Below are positions 56,656-64,000 of a stretch of 64,000 nt of DNA, piece after piece (the stretch's first letter is position 1; each line of letters starts with the position of its first letter). Position numbers and translations under genes: made by a program. A model generated the notes under the pieces. The model was not told where the DNA came from. It searched no databases and saw only the letters and a list, made by a program, of their open reading frames with translations. This DNA comes from Scenedesmus sp. PABB004 (lineage: Eukaryota), in NCBI GenBank assembly GCA_014905635.1, contig JABVCE010000010.1, positions 992,001 through 1,056,000 of the forward strand, written 5' to 3'.

Positions 56656-56977
56656 GGCGCGGTCGTGGGCGCGTGAGGCCGGCTCTGGGCGATGCGGATT
56701 GCCCGATGGCCGCGCGGCGCGGCAATTCGACGCAATTTGACTGAGGTGTCATGCGCGGCTCGGGCTCCGAGGGCCTGCGAGCCCGGCCGTGAGCGCAGCG
56801 CCCAGATTTAGGACACCACCCGCACCGCGCGGCGGCGCGCCGCTGCTGCTACAGCCAGCACGCCGCGGCCGCCCGCCCGCGCCGCCGCGCCCGGCCGCCC
56901 CCACAACGCGGACCGGCGCCCCGCTCGCCGACGCTTTGGGAGAGACCAGTGCTTCCGCCGGCCCAGCGCCCGCCGCG

Positions 56978-59396
56978 ATGCGGCGCGCGCCGCTCGCGCT
57001 GCTCGCGCTGCTCGCGGCGCGCTGCGCGTGCGCCGCGGCCGCGTCGCTGGGCGCGGCAGTGTTCGAGGCGCCGCCGCCGGAGAGCGCGGCGGCCGGGCGC
57101 AGTGCGTCGCGCGCGCTGCTGCTCCGGCGCGCGCCGCCGCCCCTCGCGGCACGCGCCAGCCGCGCGTGGCCGCCGCCCTGACCGCGCCACGCCCGCGCGC
57201 CCGCAGCCGCGCTGGACCGCTGGGAGGCCGCCGCGGCACAGGAGGGCGGGCTGTGGGGCGCCTTCCTGGGGCGCGCCTGCTTCACGACCGCCGTCGCGGA
57301 GCTGCGCGGCGAGTGCCGCGCGCTCGACGGCCCCGCGCGCTGCTGGCTGGCGATCCAGTTCACCATCTGCTTCCAGCGCGTGTCGGGGTTTGCGCCCCTC
57401 GACTGCCCGCGCGCGTGCCCGCGCGCGCGGCGCCTCGAGGCGTGCGTGCAGGACTGCACGGCGCGCATGGACGCCGGCGCGGTCGCCGCATACACACAGT
57501 TCTTCTCAGACGTCTTCAAGTGAGCGAGCCCTCCCTGCAGCTGCGGCGCGGCGCACGCCTCGGCGCCGCAGCGCCGCGCAGCCCGCGGCCGCGCACGCGC
57601 TGGGCCCGCCGCCCTGCCGACCGCCCGCCGACCGCCCGCCGACCACTCCTGCCCGCCCGCTCGCCGCCCCGCGCCGCTGGCTCCTGGCTGGCCCGGTGCA
57701 GCATGTGCCTGTACCTGCAGACCCAGAACTTCCAGGACATCACCGCCGCGCTCATCACCAGCATGCACGGCGCGGCGCTGAGCGCCAACGCCAGCCTCGG
57801 CGCGATGCGCGGCGAGCTCGCGGCGCAGGGCGCCGCGCTCGCGGGCGCGCGCGCGGGCGTGGAGGGGCTCGCTGCCGCGACGGCGGGCCTCGCCGACGCC
57901 GCGGCGGCGGGGCTCGCCGAGGTGCGCGCGGTCGGCGCGCTGTCGCGGGGCCTCGCGGGCAGCATGAACGCATCGCTGGAGCTGCAGGGCGCGCTCGGCG
58001 CGCGCCAGGCGGCGCTGCTGGAGGGCTTCGGCGCGATGCAGTCGCAGCAGGCCGCGCACGCGGCGGCCGCGGACCGCGCGTGGGCGGCGCTCCAGGCGCG
58101 CGCGGGCGCGCTCGCGGAGCAGGCCGCGCGCTCCGAGGCGGTGCAGGCGGCGCTGCTCAACGCGTCGGAGGGACTGCTCGGCCACGCGGCGGGCGTGTCG
58201 GGGTCGCTCGAGCTGCTCCTCTCGGCCCAGGCCACCGCGCTGGGCTACAGCCGCGCCATCTTTTCGGCCTCCGCGACGCTGCAGGACGTCGCCTTTTACG
58301 CCGCGTCCGCGGCCGTGCCGCTCCTCTTCCTCACGCACCCGCCCGACGCGCGGCTGCTGCTCCTGATCGGCGTGCTGCTGAGCTGGATTGCCGAGCGCGC
58401 GGCGCTCTCGCGCGCGCTGCCGCTGCTGGCCGCGCACGGCGGCGGCGGCGCCGCCGTGGGCCCGGCCGCGGCGGCCGCGACCAAGCTCGCGGTGCGGCTC
58501 GCGGTGCTCGGCGGCACGGCGGGCGCGCTGCTGGCCATGCTGCTGCGCCGCCACGCGGCGCGCCAGCGCAAGGACGCGGCGTTCGAGGAGCTCCGGCGCG
58601 CGGTGAGAGGGGAGCCCTTCATGGAGGAGGGGGGGGGACGCTCCGCCGCTGCACGCCGCGCGCCCGCGCGCTAAGCGCACCGCCCCCCTTCCCCTGCTGC
58701 CACTGCCGGCAGTATGCCGAGGCGATGGCGTTTCAGCAGCAGGCGGCGGCTGCGGCGGCGGCGGCGGCAGCGGCGGCTGGCGTGCAGGAGCTCCCCGGCG
58801 CGCACGCGCTCACGCTGGCGGGCGCGCGTGCAGGCGCCGGCGCCGGCGGCGGCCGGCACCAGGTGGCGGCTGACAGCGCCGCGCGCGCAGCCGAGCCGGC
58901 AGAGCTGGCGGCGTGGAGGCGCGGGAGCGCGTTTGGGCTGCTGGCAGGCCCGCCGGCACCCAGCCCCCCGCTGCAGCCATCGCCGGCGCCACGCGGCCAG
59001 GCGCTGCCGCCAACCCCGCTGCTGCGGGGCGGCGCTCCGGCACACAGCGCCGCGGCAGCAGCACAGCACCAGGCGCAGCCGCGGGCGGCGGGCGCCGCGG
59101 CGGCTGCGGCGGCTGAGCCTGCGCCAACGCCCCAGGCAGCACCCGCTGGCGTGGCCAGCCGCCCCAGCGACGACAGCACGCGGCAGCACAGCTCATGCGC
59201 GGGCGCGGCGGCTGCGCCCGGCCCCAGCCACCGCGGCCTGGCCGGCGCAGGCAGGGGCGGCAGCGGCGCGCGAGCGGCCGGCGCAAAGCGGGGGCGGGCT
59301 GCGGCAGCCGACGCCGGCGGCGACGGCGAGGGTGCGGACGCCGCGGAGGGCGCTGAGCCCGTGTCGGGCCGCCGCAGCCAGCGGCGGCGGCGCTGA
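56978..59396 (+). CDS. GEX1: GEX1/KAR5/Brambleberry family nuclear-fusion protein, 4 exons
   Basis: Signal peptide and Cys-rich domain ACFTTAVAELRGECRALDGPARCWLAIQFTICFQRVSG...DC...CTARM...AYTQFFSDVFN|MCLYLQTQNFQ. A long coiled-coil region follows, then about 3 hydrophobic segments (58290-58545) and a disordered tail. Confidence 0.85.
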
Positions 59397-59491
59397 GCGG
59401 CGGCATGGCGCGGCGGCTGCGGTCGGCGGGGCGGCTGGGGCGGCTGGGGCGGGCGGGCGTCAGGCGGCGTTGCCGGCGCGCGCTGTTGTTG

Positions 59492-61845
59492 TCACTGCGT
59501 GTCCGGCCCCGAGGCGGCGTCAATGCGCGCCGCGCCCAGCGCCGCCCAAGCCTCGTCGACCAGCGGCTGCAGCTGCGCGGCGTCGACGACGCTGCCAGCG
59601 GGCGGATAGGGGGCGCCACGCACGGTCAGCGCGCACCCCGTCGCAGCCTCGAGCCGCCCCGCCGCCACGGCGACCTGTTGCGTGGCTGCGAGGAAGGCCC
59701 AGCACGCCTCGACCACGCGCTGCCCGTCCCAGGCCGCCAGCGCGCCGGGCTGCTGCCGCGCCGCCGCCAGCGCGCCGCGGAGCTCCAGCAGCTGCGCGAG
59801 CAGGCCCTCGCGCTGCAGCACCGCCGCCGCCGCGCCCTCCCACGCGGCGAGCGCGGCGTCGAAGCGGCCCACGGCCGCGCGGCTGGTGTAGCTGCGGCGG
59901 CGCGGCGCGCGGGCGGCGGCGGGTGGGGCGGCGTGTGCACACGCTGCCCGTGCGTGTGGGCCGCCGCCGCGCGGGGCGCACCTGAGCACCATTGCCATCT
60001 GCTGCACCGGCGCCGTGCCCAGCGCGCCCCACACCCGCTCCAGCCGCGCCATGAGCACCCGCGCCGGCTCGGCGCTCAGGTCCAGCAGCGCCGGCAGGGA
60101 CGGCATCGGCACCGACGCGAGCTCGGCCGCGCTGGGCGCCGCTAGCCGCGGCGCCGGCACGCGCATGCCCGGCGGCGGGCGCCCCGGCCCGGCGGGCGCG
60201 GCGTCCGGCCGCGGCGGCGCGCACGCCGCGCCGCCGCCCGCAGCCGCGGGGCCGGCGCTCTCTGCGGCGGCTGCGGCGGCGGTGCCGGGTGCCAGCGGCT
60301 GCGGCGGCGGCGGCATGGCCGCGCGGCTCTCTGCGGCGGCGGCGGCACCGCTGCCGTCGGCGCCACCGACACCGCGCTCGCCGCGCGGCTGCGCTGCGTC
60401 AAACTCGTGGGCCGCCGCCGCCAGGTGCTCCATGGCTGCCTCGAGCAGCTGCGACGCGGTGCGCGCCGCCGCGAGCTTGGCGCCCGCGGCCGCGGTGCGG
60501 CTGACCGCCTGCGGCGCGGCGCCCCCGCCGCTGCGGGAGCAGCGCGCGGATGCGCGCGTGAGCCCAGGGCTGCCCGGCCTCGCGCGCGCTGCGCCCGCGT
60601 GCCCATCCCGCGCGCACCTCTGCGCCGCCGCGGCCGCCCGCTCCTGCGACTGCGCGTCGGCGGCGTCGGGCGGCTCCGGCTCTGCGTCCCGCTTGGCGAG
60701 CAGCGCCACAAGCGCCTGCATCGTCAGCAGCGCCGCGTCTACGCCGCCGCGCGCGCCGGCGGCGGCCGCCGAGCCGCCGGGCGGGGCGCAGGCGGGCTGC
60801 TCAGCGCTGCCGGGCGGCGCGTCGAGCTCCCGATCGAGCAGCCCCTGCCGCGCCGCGCCGCAGCGCTGCCGGTACGCCCGCAGGCGGCGGTCCACGGCGC
60901 ACGCCACCGCCTGCTGCAGCGCCTCGCGCTCGGCCGGCGACGGCTGCCGCTGCGCCAGTGCCGGCGCGCCCGCGTCGCCGCCGGCGCCAGCCGTCCTGCT
61001 GCGCGGCCGCTGCCGCGCGCGCGGCCGGCCGCGCGGCGGGCCAGCTCCGGGGCTGCCGGGGCTGCCGGGGCTGCAGCCCAGGCTGCCGCCGCCGCCGGCG
61101 GGGCTGGTGGGGCCGCCCCCAGCGCTGGGGCTGCCGTCGGCGCCACCAGACCACAGCCACGCGAGCTCGGGCGCGCGGCGCGCGCCGCCGTGCGGGCTGG
61201 CGGCCTCGCACGGGCTGTCGGCGCGCGACGGCTCTGCGTCCGGGCCGGGCCGCGCTCCGGCGGCGCTGGCCGCCGTGCCGGCGCGCGTCGCGCCCGTGGC
61301 GCCGCGTCCGCGCCACGACCTGCGCGTCCGCGCCGAGCAGCCCGACGCGCTCGGCGACGGCGCGCGCCGCGGCGGCGCCGGCCGCGCCAGCGGCAGCGAC
61401 GCGATCACGGCCGCGCAGGTCGCCTCGAGCCGGGCCGCGAGCGTCGAAGACGCGCCGGGCGGCACGGCGGCGGCCGCCTGCGCGCTGCTTGGGGCGGCGC
61501 CGCCGCGGCCGCGCGCGCCGCGCGCGTGTGCGCCAGCATCGCCGCGAGCGCGCGCCGGCTGGCCGTCGCCGCCGGGTCGGCTCGCCGCGCGCCGCCGGGC
61601 GCGTCGGCCGCGCCCGCCGCCAGCTGCGCGGCCCACGTCGCGGCGTCGACGCCGGGCGGGCACGGGGCGTCGGGCGCGCGGCGCGCGGGCACCGCGCCGC
61701 GCGCCGGGCGCAGCAGCGGCGCGTCGTCGTCTCCGTCGCCGCCGCTCGGCGGCCCGCTGCGCGCGTGGCGGAGGTGGCTGCGCACGTCGGCGAGCGCGAG
61801 CAGCGGCGCGAGCGCCGCCAGCGGACGCGCGTCGACCGCGCTCAT
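59492..61845 (-). CDS. Uncharacterised protein with a CCDC87-like C-terminal domain
   Basis: C-terminal RLERVWGALG...QMAMVLR|YTS...AAWEGAAAAVLQREGLLAQL resembles, from recall, the conserved CCDC87 block. One intron at ~59981-59892 and a frame break near 61492. Confidence 0.55.
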
Positions 61846-62078
61846 CCTGGGTCAACGCGGCCCGGGGTACGGCCGTGAGGCTGCCGTGGGAGTGGCGGTG
61901 GTGGCGCTGCTCGCCCCGCAGTCGGCGGCGCGGCGCGGCGCGGCGGCGCAGCGCCGCCGGGCCCTGCGCCGCGCCCGGCTGCCGGCGCCGGTGCTTATTC
62001 CGCCTGCACGTCCTTCACGAGACGTCCTCCCGTCGGTCTGAAGCAACGCGCGGCAGCCCAGCGCCGCACCGCGCGACT

Positions 62079-63864
62079 ATGGCGCGCTCGCGCAGCGCGA
62101 GCAGCTCGCGGAGCAGCGGCTCCTCCTCGCCCAGCCGCAGCCGCAGCAGGTGGGCGGCGGGCGCGGCCCGGCTGTTGTGGAGGCCGCGCGGCGCAGCAGT
62201 CGGCGCCGCTGCGCGCGCACGGGCCCCCGGGCGCCGCTGGGGGCGGGGCCCACGCCGCGCCGGGGTGGTCCCCGCCTCCCCTCAAGCGCGGCGCGCGCGC
62301 CGGCGCGGCGCTGGACCGGGAGCGGCGCGATCATCACCGTCGTGCTGCTGCCGCCCCCCGGCGCGCGCGCAGGTCGGCGAAGCCCGCGCGCAGCGGGAGC
62401 CCCGATGACGCGAAGCCCCGCAGCGAGCTGCGCCGGGGCTCGGCGCAGGCGGCAGCGGAGAACGGCGCCGCCAAGGTGCGGGCAGCAGCGGCGGGCAGCA
62501 GCGGCCGGCGCGGCGCCGCCGCCCCCGCGCGGCCCGCCGTCGCCCGCGCCGCGAGCCTCACGGTGCACCGACGACGCCCGCCCGGCCGCGCCGCGCGCGC
62601 AGGACAAGCCCGCCGGCGGCGAGTCCGAGGAGCTGCCGCGCAAGCTGCACGTCTCGCGCCTCACCCGCAACGTGACCGAGGCGCACGTGCGCGAGATCTT
62701 CGGCGCCTACGGCGAGCTGCTGTCCTGCAAGTGCGCGCGGCCCGCCGCTGTTTCTTTTTCCCGCGCTGACACGTGCCGCCGCACGCGCCGCCGCGCCGCC
62801 GCGCCGTGCGCCGACAGCCCCGCCGCCCGCCTCTCTGCCCGCCTCTCTGTCCCCGCAGCCTCGCGATGGACGAGCGCGTGCAGCTGCCCAAGGGCTACGC
62901 GGTCGTGGAGTACGCGGCCCGCGCCGACGCGGAGCGCGCGCGCGACTACATGGACGGCGGCCAGCTCGACGGCGCCGTGCTGCAGTGAGCGCCGGCGCTG
63001 GGGGGACAGGGCGCCCGCGGCGCGCGTGCGCTCGCAGGGGCGCGCGACACGTCGGCGGCGGCGTCAGCGCGCCCGCCTCACCCCTGCCCCCGCCCCCGCC
63101 GCCGCCGCGGCAGGGTCGCGTTTGTGCTGCAGGCCAAGAAGCGCCCCGAGGCGCAGCTGCCGGGCGGCCGCGCGCCGCTCTCGGCGGCGGAGCGGGACCG
63201 CGTGCGCGAGCGCGAGCGCGGCGGCGCGCGCTCGCCGCCGCGCGGGCGCTCACCGCCGCGCGGCCGCTCCCCGCCGCGCGGGCGCTCGCCGCCGCGCGGC
63301 GGGCGTGAGGCGTATGGCCGGGACGGGCCCGGCCCCCGGCGCGGGCCCTCGCCCGGCGGCTTCCGGCGCTTCCCCTCGCCCCCAGGCCGCCAGGGCAGCG
63401 GGCGGATGGCGCCCGGCCGCGGCTACGGCCCCGGCGGGCGCAGCCCGCCGCGCCGCCGCTCGCGCACGCCGCCGGGCAGGGGCCGCAGCCCGGGGCTGCG
63501 CCGCAGGAGCCCCGCCGCGGCACCGCGGGTGCGTGGCAGGCTGCGCGGCACCGCCGCGCGTCGGCGCCCCCGCCTGCCGCTCACGCGCCCTGCTGTCGCC
63601 CGCCGTTCCCGCCCGCAGGGCCGCAGCCGCAGCCCCGTGCGGCGCAACTCCTCGCCCGGGCGCCCCTCGCGCGGCAGGCCGAGCAAGAGCCGGAGCCGGA
63701 GCCGCGGCCGCCGCTCCAGCAGCAGCAGCAGCAGCCGGAGCCGCGGGCGCAGCAGCAGCAGCCGCAGCCGCAGCCGCGGGCGCGGGCGCGGCCGGAGCAG
63801 CAGCCGCAGCAGCAGCCGCCGCAGCAGCAGCCGCAGCACCACGCCGCCGCGCCGCAGGCGCTGA
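62079..63864 (+). CDS. SR45: SR45/RNPS1 family splicing factor (RRM flanked by RS-rich regions)
   Basis: Ser-rich N-terminus, RRM KLHVSRLTRNVTEAHVREIFGAYGELLSC...LPKGYAVVEYAARADAERARDYMDGGQLDG, and RSPP/RS-repeat C-terminus. Confidence 0.93.
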
Positions 63865-64000
63865 GGGGCCGCCGGGCTCGTGCGCGGGCCGGCGCCGGCG
63901 CCTGGCTGGCGCCACCGCGCCGCGGCTGCCTTTGGGCTGGAAGGGAGAACAGGCTGCCCGTGTGTGTCTCGCTTTGCATCCGCGGCCGTGGTGTTCCCTG

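Noticed and set aside
61485..61500. Frame break in the CCDC87-like gene
   Set aside because: It lies in a C run and shows the same error pattern as the others.
1..64000. Hundreds of long overlapping Arg/Ala/Gly/Pro-rich ORFs in all six frames
   Set aside because: Stop codons are rare at this GC content, so the ORFs run through introns and antisense strands. Only segments with recognisable motifs and splice sites were accepted.
1..64000. Introner-like repeated intron family, tRNA or rRNA genes
   Set aside because: Introns share only low-complexity GC composition apart from those in the duplicated cassette, and no structured RNA gene was recognisable by eye.

Overview
Very GC-rich, intron-dense eukaryotic nuclear DNA. 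The gene content (plastid-targeted FTR and TPR proteins, GEX1, SR45) fits a chlorophyte green alga; the species cannot be fixed from sequence alone. Most ORF-track entries are GC-driven artefacts. Manual splicing gives about 18 compact genes: CobW-type GTPase (truncated by the window edge), acetylornithine deacetylase, a large USP deubiquitinase, FTR catalytic subunit, RWD/Gir2 protein, SAICAR synthase, seryl-tRNA synthetase, BCP1, RRP5, a plastid TPR protein, GEX1/KAR5, a CCDC87-like protein, SR45/RNPS1 and several unknowns. The most striking structure is a ~2 kb cassette carrying a 3-exon orphan gene, present twice in inverted orientation (~5307-7239 and ~37153-39532). Each copy is flanked by the same two ~230-260 bp host segments, which are the 3' ends of two neighbouring genes, but in exchanged positions. 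This geometry is what a ~30 kb inversion produces, either by recombination between two inserted copies with very long target duplications or by a staggered-break inversion. GC-AG introns are unusually frequent. Several single-base frame breaks in G/C runs look like assembly errors. Exon boundaries were read by eye and are approximate.
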